Below the pieces are notes generated by a model. That model was not told the origin of the DNA. It did not search any database and saw only the letters and a list, made by a program, of their open reading frames with translations. A stretch of 64,000 nt of DNA, taken from the NCBI GenBank assembly GCA_964016885.1, contig OZ024743.1, positions 162,626,001 to 162,690,000 on the forward strand, written 5' to 3'. Made by a program: the position numbers and the translations under genes. This DNA is from Eledone cirrhosa. Lineage: Eukaryota. Of this stretch, positions 25,851-40,070 are shown piece by piece (within the stretch, counting starts at the first letter, position 1; every line of letters begins with the position of its first letter).

Positions 25851-27424
25851 ATATATATATACATAGAGAGAGAGAGAGAGATAAGATGTACGGAACTCAT
25901 GTGCAATTACAGTCAGTTGGTATTTATATAAGCTATATTATAGCAACTGACTGTAATTGCAGTTATTTTCTGTGCCTGAGCTTCCTAATTCTTATAAATT
26001 TATTTCCTCAGCACTTTGGAAGTTAAAAATGTTAAGCTTCATACACAATGATTAACAGATTTCCAAATTGGCCTGAAACAGAAGATATATGTATTCTGGC
26101 AGCTTTCTATGTAAAACAATGGAGATACTGATTTATTGAAATGATTGAAATTGTGCGTACTTTAACATTTTCTTAAATTAAGCTCTTGAATCATTAATTT
26201 TCCTCTGCTTTACTGCAAGGGATCCTGCTTGGGACTGTTGCCTTGCAACAATTTAATGTATGTGTTTGCTATGAATTGGCCCATTGATTCATGAACCCAC
26301 CCACACACACACACAAGCACTCCCTACCATCTAACCTCACCACTGCAACACCCACCACCCATTCCTCCTCTAGAACTAGTTCGTAACTAGTACCCCCTCT
26401 AAATACCTTAGATATTCTCACCACTGCATCCTAATAGCTACTCACTCTACCCCTTGTTCACCCCCACTACCAGCCCTTACTCCTCTCACTCACATGCCAT
26501 TACATCCCCTCTCCCCATAAACTAATCAGCTACTCCTACCCCTTACCACCACCTATCTCTCCATCATACCCTTCACCTACTACATTCCTTCCTTGCCCTA
26601 CTAATCAACCACCCCTACTCTTTACTCATTGCCCTGTCCTGTTAAACCATACCCATCTCCCACTCCTTTTGCCCCTTTCCCCAGAGCTGAGAGGGCTCTA
26701 CAGTTGGGTCTATGACCAACAACTTCTCTATTGGTAGTGCCATAAAAATGCACCTGGTACACTCCATAAGGATGGTTGGCAACAAGAAGGGCACTCCACT
26801 GTAGAAACCATGCCTAAAAGGGTTGAGAGGACCTTTAGTTGTATCAAAGTCACAACAACCTCTCTAGTGTTGGTGATTTACATGATAAATGCACCCAGTA
26901 TACATTGTAAAGTGGTTGGTAATAGGAAGGGCATACAGCCGTAGAAAGTTTACCAAACAAAGGGTTGGGAGGACCTTTTAGTTGTGTCAAGAACATGACA
27001 ACCTCTTTAGTGCTGGTGACCTACACAATACAAACACCCAGTACACGCTGTAAAGTGGTTGATGTTAGGAAGGGTATCAATCCATAGAAAGCTTGCCAAA
27101 CAAGGGGTTGGGAGGACCCTTCAGTTTGTACCAAAAAACACAACTTCTCTGCACCCAATATGACTGTACGTAAGTGGGATACAGATCCCTCAGGCTGTCT
27201 GGGAGGTCAGTAGCCCCGTTTCAGTACTGACTTAGTCTATGTTGACCCACCCAAACATTGCTAACAGGGAAAGCTGATGTTAAATGTTGATGATGATGAC
27301 TCTGCTTTAGCATCAAGTGCTAATATCGTAATATTAGTACAACCTCCAGTAAACCATTAAACTACTGAACAACTTAAACTATATTATATATATATACATA
27401 TATAATATATAATCATTTGTATAT

Positions 27425-27499
<75 letters not shown>

Positions 27500-27559
27500 A
27501 CCCAAATAATTTTATTAGGTCCTGTTAATATTGAACAAGGTACAATTATTAGATAAAAA

Positions 27560-28260
27560 TAATATATTATTAGAAACATACAACACAAAGCGTTATGCTA
27601 CAAATTGTCTATTCCACATTAGTACTTTGTTTAATGACCTTTAGAAGCAATTACTGCATGGCATTGATTCCTCCAAGGAGGCACCATATTCAGGACTACT
27701 GTGTTGTGTCCATACAGTAAGAATTTGTTGTTGGAAATCAGTAATTGAGCTGGGATTTAGCTTGTCAACTTTGTCTTTCATCAATTTCCAACAGTTTCAA
27801 TTGGGTTTAAGTCAGGACTTGATCCTGGCCAAGGTGCCAGCACTTCAATATCAGATTCTCGAAAAAATGGTTAATGGTTTTTGCCCTATGACAAAGAGCA
27901 CTATCTTCTTGCAATTATGCCTCACCATCCCCCATAGAACCTTTTCCCATATGATTTCCAAATACATATTTGCATATACAGTCTTTCCTGCTGGAATTAT
28001 GGTTAGTGCATCTCATCCATTTATGTTTATTGATACCCAGACCATCAATGATTGTGAATGTTTAACTGTTGGTTTGACATAACAAGAATTATAATGCTGT
28101 CTGGGGCAAATTGTCTAATTAATGTTTCATCACTAAACATTACCTTACCCCATTGAACAACAGTCTAGTGACGATATGTGTTGCAGAACAACAGACAGTC
28201 CTTGACGCTTTTATTTGAACGATGAGGCTTGGCAGCTGGCTTAACAGCCTGAAAGTTAAA
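27560..28260 (-). mobile_element. Highly decayed LINE remnant, clade uncertain
   Basis: Weak RT C-terminal-like fragments only. Confidence 0.3.
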
Positions 28261-28462
28261 ATCCTTAACACAATGTCGTCAGATGGTAGAAGATGATAGG
28301 TTTCTGTCCTGAGGAAGTTGGGCTTGGATATATGAGCTGGAAGCAGTTGGATTTGACACTGCCAGTCAGCATGTCATGTGAACTATTTGAGCACTTATCT
28401 TGTATCATCTTCCATAATATGACAGCTAAAATACAGGTGGTCTCTAAATTAAGCACAACACA

Positions 28463-29260
28463 TATCATCATCATCATTTTACGTCCGCTTTTGCCAACTT
28501 GCAAGGGTGAGACAGGTTCTCTTCAGCACAGCATCACTCCATTTCTCATGGTCCTTCATCATCCCCTCCCTCTGTGAGCTTCAGCGATCTGAGGTCAGTT
28601 CTCACCACCTCCATCCATATTTTTCATGGTCTTCCTCTACTGCATCTTCCTTCCACTGGGATTACTTGACACTACTTCACTCCGCGGTCATCATCCATGT
28701 GCATTATATAGCCATACTAACGCAGTCTTCTCTCCTGCATACTACAGTTTATTCCTCTTATACAGTTTCACTCTCAACTCGTCCATGCTTGGTCATTCAC
28801 GCACATTGACATTGCACATCCATCAGAGCATTCTTGCTTCATTTCTCTTTCACATATCCTCCGCAGTTGCTGCCCATGTCTCAGTACCATGCAGCATCGC
28901 ACATCTCACACAGGCATCATACAACCAACTTTTCATTTGCAAGGAGAAACCCTTCATTGTCGACAGAGGAAGCAGCTCCCTAAACTTCTTCCATCCTGTC
29001 CTTATTCTAGATACTATAGCCTCAGAGCATCCTCATCCCTTGCTAATTTGATCACCTAGATATCGGAAGCTATCAACCACCTCTATTAGATCCTACCTGC
29101 ATTTAGAAAATGTGCCTATCACTGACTACTATCAATTTTCCCTGAACATCTACTATGTATGAAGTTTTCCTTTCCTGTTAATTTGCCTGCTATCCCACTA
29201 CACCTCTTGTGTTCATTCTATAGAGTTTATGCCAACTCCTTTTCTACATATCGAGCAGAA
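28463..29260 (-). mobile_element. Divergent RTE (PHD-type) 3' fragment
   Basis: Antisense ORF 28626..29051 mirrors the antisense ORFs of families A and B. (ATG)n tail. Confidence 0.75.
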
Positions 29261-29816
29261 AAGGAATTGGCGTAATATATATATATATTGTGTCTAAAAA
29301 ATATATTTAATAAGATAAATATGTTGTTGTTTGTTCTTTTTTTTTTCAATATAGATTCTATTAAACTTTACTTGGTGTCATGTCACCATTATTTTAGATC
29401 CATTCACATAAAAGTACATGAAACCGAGGATTGTTATAAACAAAATAAGCCATTTACATCATCATCATTTTCATTTAATGTCTGCTTTCCCTGTTAGATT
29501 GCCCGTCCTAAATGCTGCAAGATAAAAATCATATGATAAAATAGAACATCTGTTGTAATTTCAATGAAGTAAAATTAGTCTGTAAAAGTGTGAGTTTTGA
29601 TATCTTATCGGGCAAGTATTCTGTGTTATCACAGAATAAACATTTTGGAAATATATTTTTGAATTTATTGTATATGGCAGTCATCTGGTATGTTAGTATA
29701 TATATTATTTACTAATTTCAACTAGAGAGAAAATCACTTGTAAATTAGATACAAATATTTGGATAGGTTTTCACCATATTGTAGAGAACAGAACATAAAA
29801 TAAAATGGATACATAC

Positions 29817-30146
29817 CTCACTCACTATTGATGTGAATTCTGAATCAAAGATAATTTTAGAACACTGTTCGTTTGGCAATGATTCATTGCAAGACATGAT
29901 GAACAGATTATCAGAACTGTTACTGTTTTCTCTTTGAAAGTTATACCCATCACTGACTATCGTTGTATTTGTTACTTCAGAATGATTACCACCATCACAA
30001 TACCAATCCAGCTTGCCATGTGTAAAAATAGGTAAAACCATTGCTAATCCTGCAGATATTTCTAAAAGACTAACCAATATAAAAAGACGTCTTTGATAGG
30101 GACCAAAACCTCGCAACTCTTCAAAGATTTGTTCATAACTATACAT
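29817..30146 (-). CDS. SLC22-family organic cation/anion transporter, first coding exon (110 aa)
   Basis: Encodes MYSYEQIFEELRGFGPYQRRLF...WYC...SC...C...FTSIVSE, an SLC22-type N-terminus with TM1 and a Cys-containing extracellular loop. ATG at 30146; acceptor tttgtag(cag) just upstream (~30165-30175); donor GAG|gtatgt, phase 0. Confidence 0.9.
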
Positions 30147-32738
30147 TTCTGGATCTTCTCTCTTTCTGCTACAAATAGAAAGAAACACATTTATAAATAT
30201 TTAAGATCAAAGTGTCTGTGCTCATTTTGGAAAGTGGAAGTGTGCCAGTGTCACGATAAAATGCACCCAGCCTAATCTGTAATGTGGTAATACTGGTGTC
30301 ACAATAAAATCCACCCAGTCCGTACTGTAAAGTAGTAGTGCTGGTGACACAAAAAAAGCACCCAGCCCAGCTTGTCAAGTGCTAAGAAAACAACCTGGTA
30401 CACACTATGAAGTGATTGATGTTTGGAAAAAGCATCCAGTCACAGGAACCATGCCAAAATGGAATGCATGAGTAAAACATAGTCCTAACCTGCCTTTCAA
30501 GCCAGAGATATGAAAACGCATCTAATTCATACAAACATGGAAAATAGACATAAAACAGTGATGATAATGATGAAACAAGGAGAAGACGACTACAACACTA
30601 AAACCCTTTTGAACCATACACACTTGAACTAACTAATGCTCTATGATTAAAATTTGGGAGATAGAAACTGTGCAACGGTCTGATGTGTGTGTGTACAAAT
30701 CTTTGCACTGATACTGCTTGGACAGACTATGATATTTGTTTATGTCACACAGCTCAGTGGCTTGATGACATTCAGCCATAGAACACAGCCTGAAAAGGTC
30801 TCATTCTGTCCATGCCAGCATGGAAAAGCAAACATAAAATGATTATATTTGAACCTAACATTATATCAACAAAATACTATAATAATATTGCTGTTGCATT
30901 ACACCTTTCTACTTTCAGAGAATCTTCTCAAATTTCTAGTTCAGGTAAGCTGAATCTAACCCCTTCACATGTCTTTCTTGACTTACAACCACTCTGGTTA
31001 CCATTCCCTACCAGTTGTCATTATGACTAGATTTATGTGTAGGCCTTATGAGAGGGACAGAGACTGTTGTAGTAGTGGTAGAACAGCTTGAGTGTGAGTC
31101 AATGATGGAGATCTTAAATAAAGAAGGGATGGTCGCAACTGGAATCTCTTTTATCATAGGTCTGCTCAGTCAAGGGGTTATATAACAACAATATCAATCA
31201 TATCTATAACAAACCAGTGAAAAAGCTTTTATGTGGTCAGTCAACCTGCTCAACTTAGTAGCCAAAATTTGAAATGACAATCACATAATTTCAGTATACT
31301 ATTTAAATGTGACCCCTTAAATAAGAGTCACTTGTCTTTTATCCTTCTACAGTTTACTGGGGTCAATTCAACAAACTATAACCCACTCCTCTACAAAAAA
31401 TATCCTTGTGCCTAGTCAAACGAGATATTTACAATGAGTATAAGAGAACTATTTGAAAAAAAAAGAACAAAATTTAGGACTATTGTGGAACTTGGGGGTA
31501 GGGGTGACAAAACAAAAAAGATCAATTGATAGGAAGTGAAAAGTTGAGATGTTCATACCTTACACAAGGATATTAGTGTTGTATAGGAAGTAAAATATCT
31601 GTGACTGATATTCAAAATTACATCATGGACTCCAGACAAAAGGGAGTTAACTTCTAATTGCTGTAAAATTATTACTATTATTTTAGTACACCATTTTTTT
31701 CATACCATCTTAACTGACAAGTGCCAATTAATAGTAATTATAAACACATTAATATTGGGGAAGGGAGAATACATTTTAAAAAGTTTATATATGTACAAAA
31801 CTTTATCTATGAATAAAAGCTTCTATGGTAACAAATACGTATATCATTCTATATATGACCTAAATTATATATATGAACAAAGGAAAATGAAAACTGTCTT
31901 TCTTACATTTTCCCCATGCAAACAAGTTAAATACCAATTTTTGCAGTGAAACTTCTTGCTTATGAGGTGGGTTGGATGATAATCACCTATTCAGAACACA
32001 TCTAAAGAGTTAGGCATGTTTACAACTATAAGAGGAATCAGGTGTAGTGTATAGTCCTATCACAAACAATTTCTCTAGTGCCTGTGGCATGATAAAATTC
32101 ACCGAGTGTATTAGTAGTGAGGTTGGTGATAGGAAAAGCATCCATCTGTAAAACCACAGCAAAAACATGTGTGTACCAAATGACAATGGTAGAATACTAG
32201 CCATGATAGTCAATTAAAACACACAGATACCATTATATTCACTTTTTTTTATTTCAAAAATAATATCAAAGTTATTTGTCATACATCTACAGCTTGATCA
32301 CTGATAATATATCCCATGTATCAATGTATATCAAGAAATTATATTTACGAATATGTACAATCTGATCACCTAACATGCTCAAAAAGCAGCCAAATCTCCA
32401 TCATATCAACCCTACTGTCTATTGAAATGATGGGATGGTCACTACAAGGACATTTTTTATCATAAGTTAGTTCAACCAAAGCTGAGCTGGAGCAAACAAC
32501 AACAACCTAGTCACTATCTATCCCAAACTACAGATACAGTTAAATGATGTACACAAGTCTTTGATACTATTACTATATAAATCAAAGTTGTATATAATGG
32601 TAGGTGTGGTTTAAATGGCTATCATGACTACCATGCTTACAGTTTCAACAAACGATCTTAGATGAGCTTCTTTTGCCAAGAAACCAGCAGTGACTATATT
32701 ACATTGGGCACTTCAATCATGCCTTGCAAAAATCGACA

Positions 32739-34465
32739 CATCATCATCATCATCATCATCACCGTTTTACGTCCATTCTTCCACGCTAGCATGGGTTAGA
32801 TGGGTTGTCCTGTTGTGGGCAGTGTCTGGTCGGCTGACCATGCCTTGCTCATACAGGAACTGATTTGGCTTGATTTCTACAGCTGGATGCCCTTCCTAAC
32901 ACCAACCTCATTTACAGTGAGTGCTGGGTGCTTTTTCGTGGCGCCTACACGTCCACTTTACAGTGTGGGCTGGGTGCAGGGGCATATTGTCTATATGCTT
33001 CAGCTTGTACCCATGGGAGGTCGGGTACTCTGTATTACTGTGTGACGCCAGAGGTCACGGTCGTGTGTTATCGTCTTTGAGAGGTGTAATTGGGTAAGGT
33101 CGGCTTTTATCACCTCATCCCAGGTCATCTTGGGTCTCCGCGGTTTACATTGACTTCTAGTGCTCTGCACCTTTTTATGCAGCTGTCATCCTTCACACGC
33201 ATCACATGTCAATACCAACGCAACCGCCTCTCCTGCACACAGCATTTGATTCCTCTTATGCTCAGTCTCTCTCTCAATTCATTCATGCTTGGTCGTTCGC
33301 GTATATTACTATTACACATCAATCGGAGCATGCAGGCTTCATTTCTCTCTAATCTACGTAAGTCTTCCACCTTCAGCGCCCAGGTCTCACTACCATGTAA
33401 TATTGCTGTTCGGATACATGCATCATACAGTCTGCCTTTCATTTTGAGGAAGAAGCCTTTTGCAGCTAGGAGTGGTAGTAGTTCCCTGAACTTCTTCCAT
33501 CCCGTTCTCACCCTAGTTATTGTACTTTCTGAACACCCACCTCCACTGCTAATTCAGTCACCTAGGTAGCAGAAGCTGTCTACTGTCTCTACAGAGCCCT
33601 CCCAGAGATTGGTGGTACTTGTTTCCTGTGGCTGTTTGCTGTCTCAGTATAGCTGCTGCATGTGAAGCCTACATTCTTAATTAAGCTTCCTGAGATCCCG
33701 CTACATCTCTTGTGTACCCATTGTTTGCATTTGGGGCAGAGAATGGAGTTCCTACCTACACCTTTCCTACATACTGAGCAAGGCCATTTCCCTGAGGGGA
33801 TCTGGGTTCTGTTTTCTCGTCTACTTACAAGGACCTTAGTCTTTGTCATGTTGACTTTGAGACTCTTTCTTTCTAGTCCCTGCTTCCAAGTTTGGAATTT
33901 CTTCTCTAGTTCTACCATAGATTCAGCTATAAGTGCAAGGTCATCAGTATACAGGAGTTCCCATGGGCACCCGGTCTTAAACTCCTCTGTTATTGCCTGC
34001 AGGACTATGATGAACAGGAGAGGGCTAAGAACAGAGCCCTGGTGGACCCCAACCTGTACACTAAATTCCTCGCTATACTCATTGCTAATCCTAACTTTGC
34101 TGACTGCTCCCCTATACATGGCTTGTACAGCTTTCACAAGCCATTCATCTACTCCTAGTTTTCTAAGAGCCCACCAGATTACAGCATGTGGAACTCTGTC
34201 AAAGGCTTTCTCGAGATCGACGAATGCCAGGTAGAGTGGCTTACTTTTAGCTAGGTACTTTTCCTGTAACTGCCTCACAAGGAATTTGGGTTTGTACCAA
34301 GAAGAGGCCTCTTCTTGGTACAAACCCAAATTGCATCTCATCTAGTTTCACCCGGTCCATAATCAACTGTGCTATAACTCTTTCTGTTACTTTCATGACC
34401 TGGTCCATCAGCTTTATACCTCTATAGTTTCCTCTATCGAGTGCATCACCTTTACCTTTGTAGCA
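32739..34465 (-). mobile_element. RTE LINE family B copy
   Basis: ORFs 33589..34341 and 33209..33511 are near-identical to 24265-25570. 3' tail at 32739-32975. Confidence 0.93.
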
Positions 34466-34699
34466 GAAAAACCTTTAACCTTATCAACTACCTGGTTGAC
34501 TTTCAAACATAATTTTATATGTTTATTTACCTAGTTCTTTATTTATCTATATGTAATGTGATGTGAAGAAAAACAAAGTGATATCCAGAGAAACATGGAG
34601 CATGTCTTGGATTGAAGAGATAAATTTGATCTACTTGTATCATTCTGGTCACCTTCAGAATTGTGTAATATCTCTAACTGGCTGAAGAGTAAGTTAAAA

Positions 34700-35830
34700 A
34701 TGATCAAATATTTTTTTTATTTGTGCTCAGCCTGGAACTCTTGGAGAAGGCAAACATAATTGAGGTATGACTTGATTGCATTGTTATTCACCAATTCAAC
34801 CACATTCCAGCAACCATTTTGGAAAGGCTGTAGGAGATTTATTGACCTGGGCTGGGTGTTAATGTTGAACAAAACCCAAGTTTTTGTAACAGTAACTACA
34901 ATGGGATTGGGTGTAATGAGACAAGCTTTGATCAGTGAAGATCTGAGATGGGAAATGGGAAGCCACAAACATGGGGCAGCACATATGTTCATGGAGATAT
35001 GTTCAGAGCCTAAGCCTGAATTGATTTACTACTGAAGCAACCAGGTAGTTCACATAGGGGGCTCTTGTAAGCAGTGAAACAATCAAAGTGGGGCTACTGC
35101 ACCAGTATCTTCAACCAAACAGAGAAGCTCCTATATTCACTGCTCACAGTGGCAGTTCTGGTGGTGGAAAAGGAAGAAGAGCCCTCATTGTTACAGGCTG
35201 CACAAACACTTTAGTCAGTCTGAAGCTAGTGGATAGCTGGAGTGGGATGAGTGGGAAGCCAGTAAATGGAAGAAAGATTATGTGAGAAATACCAGTACTG
35301 TAGAGTTGATGACATGTGAAACACGAATGAAGGTTCAGTTAATCGTGATTAAATACAACATTGATGTTGTCAATGTGGTAATGGGTATGGATGCAATTGA
35401 CTGAATGGGAGGCATTGCAATCAATGAGAATGAATTAGAGCTTTTCTGCAGAGAAGAGGGAATACAATGTGTTGTGAGCATGCAACCGAAGAGTAGTGGC
35501 TATGTAATTGTTGAAGTGAGCTCTGGAAATGTTTTTGGAAGATTCATGACAAGGATTTCCATGCATAGTTTGACAGCATGCAATAGATACTCAAACAATT
35601 CAAGGAGAAAGATTGAAATGGATATTCTACTGCCTTGAAAGGAAGAGGTGGAAAGTTGTGTGTTGCCATTGATGGCCTAAGTTCACTCAATAAAAATTAA
35701 GGTCCAGGAATTAAATGACCATGTGACATATCACACAGATGATGAAACCATAAATGAATGTGGGGAGACAAATGAAGTTGCTTTTACAATGGTTGATTTG
35801 AAATCACCCTACCTACAGCTTTGTGTGGTT
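34700..35830 (+). mobile_element. Decayed Gypsy-like gag/protease remnant
   Basis: RALIVTGCTNTLV resembles the ALVDTGC aspartic protease site; followed by VVMGMDAID*MGGIAI. Confidence 0.5.
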
Positions 35831-37295
35831 GAGAGATTATGGAATATCAGCTGATGAAATGTAAGGGAAATATGTACAATTGGCTAGAATGGATTTTGAA
35901 CTAAACTCTGTGCTAAATAAGTGGTCGTGTAGGTGTCACGACAAAAAGCACCCAGTCCACACTGTAAAGTGGTTGTGTAGGAGACATGGTAAAAAGCACC
36001 CAGCACATGCTGTAAATGTGGTTGGTGCTAGGAAAGGCATCCAGCTGTGGAAAACCAGCCAGAAACAGTCCTATACAAGCGAGGCACGGTCACCCGATCT
36101 AACTTGCCTCAAGTGGGACAAACCCATCTAACCCATGCTAGCGTGGAAGATAGACATTAAACGATGATGATGATGATCATCATCATCATCAGTCATGGAA
36201 ACAATCCTTAAGACGTCAGCATCATCGTTTAACGTCCATCTTCCACGCTAACATGGGTAGGACTAGTTGACTCTTAAGGAGAAAATCAAGTCAGAGAACC
36301 ATGTTTAGCTCACCCGGGCACATTTTGACTTGGTTTGTATAGCTGGGTGTCCTTCCTAAAGTTAACCACATTTACAGTGTGTGCTGGGTACTTTTTGTTG
36401 TGTCACCTACATGACCACATTACAGTGTGGACTGGGCACTTTTGTCTTGGAACTAGGGAGTGGGGGAGGACGTTTGGTGAAATTGTGGATGCAGGTAATA
36501 AGGGAGGGATGTTGCCTACTAGGTATAAGCCTCAGCCCAAGAATAATAGAGGGCAGGTCTTCTGTAATATTGCATAGCACCCGAGGTCGTAGTCCTGTCT
36601 CATTTCATTAGCTCCTCTTTTGACATGGTTACATGCAATTTGGAGCCATCCAGTAATAGGGTTGTGATCAACCAGCTTCCACACACCAAGAACAGTTCCC
36701 ATGTTCTCAGATTATCTTTCAGTTTTGGAATCTCATTTTCTTTCTGAAAGACCAGCTTGCCCAGTCTGACTTTCTTCATCCTTGGGACCAGACACTTTTC
36801 AGATTTCGGAATGGAAGATTTTTAGCGTAGATTTTAAAGTTTTTTTATATAAAACTTTACAGGGGACATGGTCATTCAGTAGTAGAGTGCTTGGCTCATG
36901 GCCGCAAGATCGCGAGTTTGCACCTCGATCCCAGCAGCTACTCAGTGAGGGAGGCAGCTCTTTTTGACATTTTCAGTTTTCAAAGTAAATAAAATCAGCA
37001 AAAAATAAATAAAATTTCCATGAGCAACAGAGGTGACATGCACTTGACTGGAAGGAGACTGAGACACAACTGCGTGACCTGGATTGACTGTGAGTCATTT
37101 CGGGCCAAGTTTGGCGTGCAGATGACATCCTGGAAAAAATGTTTGGTTTTCGGAAATTTGGATAAAAGATTGTGAACCTGTATATATAGAAATGTTCGGG
37201 TCCTGCAGAAGCCATTTCTATATTAAATGTTGTATATATTCTACTATATATTGAATACCTTACTTACTGTGGTTACCCCCGATTGAACCCGGGAT

Positions 37296-37389
<94 letters not shown>

Positions 37390-37392
<3 letters not shown>

Positions 37393-37708
37393 GCATAGGT
37401 ATGGTTGAATCCAACATAGTACCTTGGCAACTGTCATTGTCTATAGCTTTGGGTTGATCAATGCCATGGGAGAGAAATTTGGTAGACAGAAACTGCAGGA
37501 GCCCGTCATATATCTACATATATATATGTGTGTGTGTTTATATTTGTGTCTGCCTGTGTTACTGTCCCATAACTTAGCAGTTCAATAAAAGAGATTTATA
37601 AAATAAGTGCTAGACTTGAAGAATAGGTAATCGGGTTAGATAGAGTATATCAAAGCGAAGCTTCAGCATGGCCACTATCTACTCACTGAAACAAGTAAAA
37701 AAATAAAA
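37390..37708 (+). mobile_element. SINE family 3 (degenerate); related piece at ~30640-30830
   Basis: ccttggcaa...tttggtagacagaaactg...gcccgtc...cagcatggcc...gaaacaagtaaaa. Confidence 0.6.
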
Positions 37709-37731
37709 TAACAAGAATACACACACACACA

Positions 37732-37776
<45 letters not shown>

Positions 37777-39582
37777 AATTAACGAAGATCGCTGGTATTA
37801 ATTCAATGGTCTCCGGCCAGCATCTAGCTCACTTAATGATTCTGCAGAATTGCAGTAACGCAGTTGCAATCAGCTGTTCAGAGTGCACACATTTAGTTAA
37901 TAGCAGATGCGGTGGCGGAGTATAGGTAGAGAGAAAGGTAAAATTCTCATCCATCCCCGGACGAAATCATTTCTGTGCAAAATATCGTCACAAATGCAGA
38001 TATGGATCCTTAATGTTTAGAAAATCACGTAATATGTGCAGATATTTACGTAACCGGGCTGTTACACTCATCAGTAGGGATGCCAAATTCATAAGATAGT
38101 TCCATTCAGTGTTTGTCAGCTGTTACCACAGGATATGGAATCTAGTAGTCCTAGCTAATGTGACTTCTCACCAAAAAGGAAACCAAATAATTGGAATATT
38201 TACATCAATTGTCCTTAAAAAGCTAAGGCAATACAGTCAAAAGCCAATTTTGATTAGTTTTTTTCCTAATATCTTCCTATACAATGCTGTTTTATTGGCT
38301 TTAATAGTAAGCTTGTTTTCTCTTTTTTCTCTGCTATTGTTTCTTTATATTGTCGGCTTAAAATCACCGTGACACACATTCCTAACACCATGCATTGACA
38401 GAATTACAAATTTATAGCTACAAAGCAAAAACATTCTGCCACAAATACACTGTTAGAAGCTACACAATTAATCAATCAGGAAAGTTATCAACACATTGTC
38501 TGAACCCAAACATACCATTGCATACTCACCGACGGCTGTTTTACCGAATATCTATCGATATATAACACTATAAACACAACATAAATTTGCAATAGTAGCT
38601 TCTCTCAATAGACGGAATTATATACATGAAATAACCACTTTCATCAGAAACCCCAAAACCTTGAACAATTCAACCATAAGTGACCAGGAATGTGCTGGAA
38701 AGGTCAAATACATGCTTCCCCGAGGATCTGATTCTTAAATCCCACACCAAATTCATATTTTTCTTTAAAATAAACAACACTACCACAGGAAAAATACGCC
38801 ACCATCATACCAACAATCACCACACATTACTACTACTACTACTGCTACTACTAATAAGGAATCATCAGTATACGGAACTTATGTTTAATCCCTATAACAA
38901 TTGTGTTTGCTCCAAGCGAGGGAGTGAGGGCTTCTATGCGGCTGCTTGACCTGCTGGAGGTCACACCACACCATCCTGAATTGAAGAACATTTTTATCGA
39001 CAGCTTCAGGCCCCAGTTTGGTGCTAATCCTTACAAATCAGGGGTGGGTTCTGGAGGAGAATATGTATTGGGATTGAGTGAATGAACTTTTGATTTAACA
39101 TTTTTTCATGATCGCGCATGATACGTGTCTCGTGAACGCATCACATACATGTTTTTTCCTCCACAATCTCTAACATTTCTCGGAATTCTCCAGTTTCGGC
39201 TTCCTCTCTTTGGTGCTTTAGCATCTTTCAGCTCCAACTTTGGACTTTTGTCCAATTTGCCGTGTTGAATGCATGCATGCACACACACAGCATCCATCTC
39301 AGCCCTTTTTGATTTCAGTGATTCTCAGGCTCCTTTTTGAATTTTAGACCTCCTCTCTCCTTCGTCTTTGTGATTCACTGTCCTAAAAAAAAAATTTTTT
39401 TTCTCTACTGTTTTTTTCGTTTCACTGTTATCAAACTTGCTGCTTTGGATGCCCGGACACACACAGCACTTGTCTCAACACCATGTGTGCACTCGCCCCC
39501 AGGCACAGTTCACAATCCTCCATTTTAGCTCGCCCCCAACCTCCTATTTCGTGCGGTCCATGCATTTCTTCTCCTTACCCAT

Positions 39583-40070
39583 ATGACAGAAGATTTGACC
39601 TCCCACACCCTGAAGGCAATGCCCGCTTCTCCTCAACCTTCCACCCCACAGGAGGTTGACCAGTGCCACTCGTTCGCCATGCACAACAGGTGTAAGAGAG
39701 GAAGGAACTGCTCCAACTGCAACAGCTTCTTCCACCTCGCTTGTGTCAAACTCACAGGACGCGCGTTGGATTCCTTGCACCAGTGGCACTGCCCGCCATG
39801 CCTATCCACCCCGAAACCACAGGTGGTCATGGGCACTCGGCCCAATGGGGACCTGAACCCGCTCGACTTGGAAGAGCGTCTGGTGGAGATCTCCTGCTTT
39901 AGGCAGTCGCGGAGAGTCATCACCAGGATCCCCAGGTCTGCCCACACTCCCTAGCGACTTCAATTGACTGAGCGCTTGACTTGAGTGATCTACGGGACTG
40001 GGTCAGACTGTTCAGTTATGTTACTCTCGTACTCGGGATCTCGTTGGTGGGGTACCCAAAGGCGAGAGAC
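39583..40070 (+). mobile_element. 5' fragment of a CRE-like non-LTR element with an N-terminal PHD-like finger
   Basis: CSNC-x4-HLAC-x15-CPPC, then RRVITRIPRSAH and (frameshifted) DWVRLFSY, resembling the RIPxxAR...WxxLF block of animal CRE elements. Putative 5' UTR from ~39090. Confidence 0.55.

Noticed and set aside
26290-26690. C-rich strand-biased tract as a structured element
   Set aside because: Low-complexity sequence with no clear periodicity or termini.
35850-35885. CTGATGA...GAAA spacing
   Set aside because: No pairing for stem II or stem I; likely chance.
38030-38080. Minus-strand CTGATGA followed by a gtaac/gttac hairpin
   Set aside because: No GAAA after stem II and no stem I partner.
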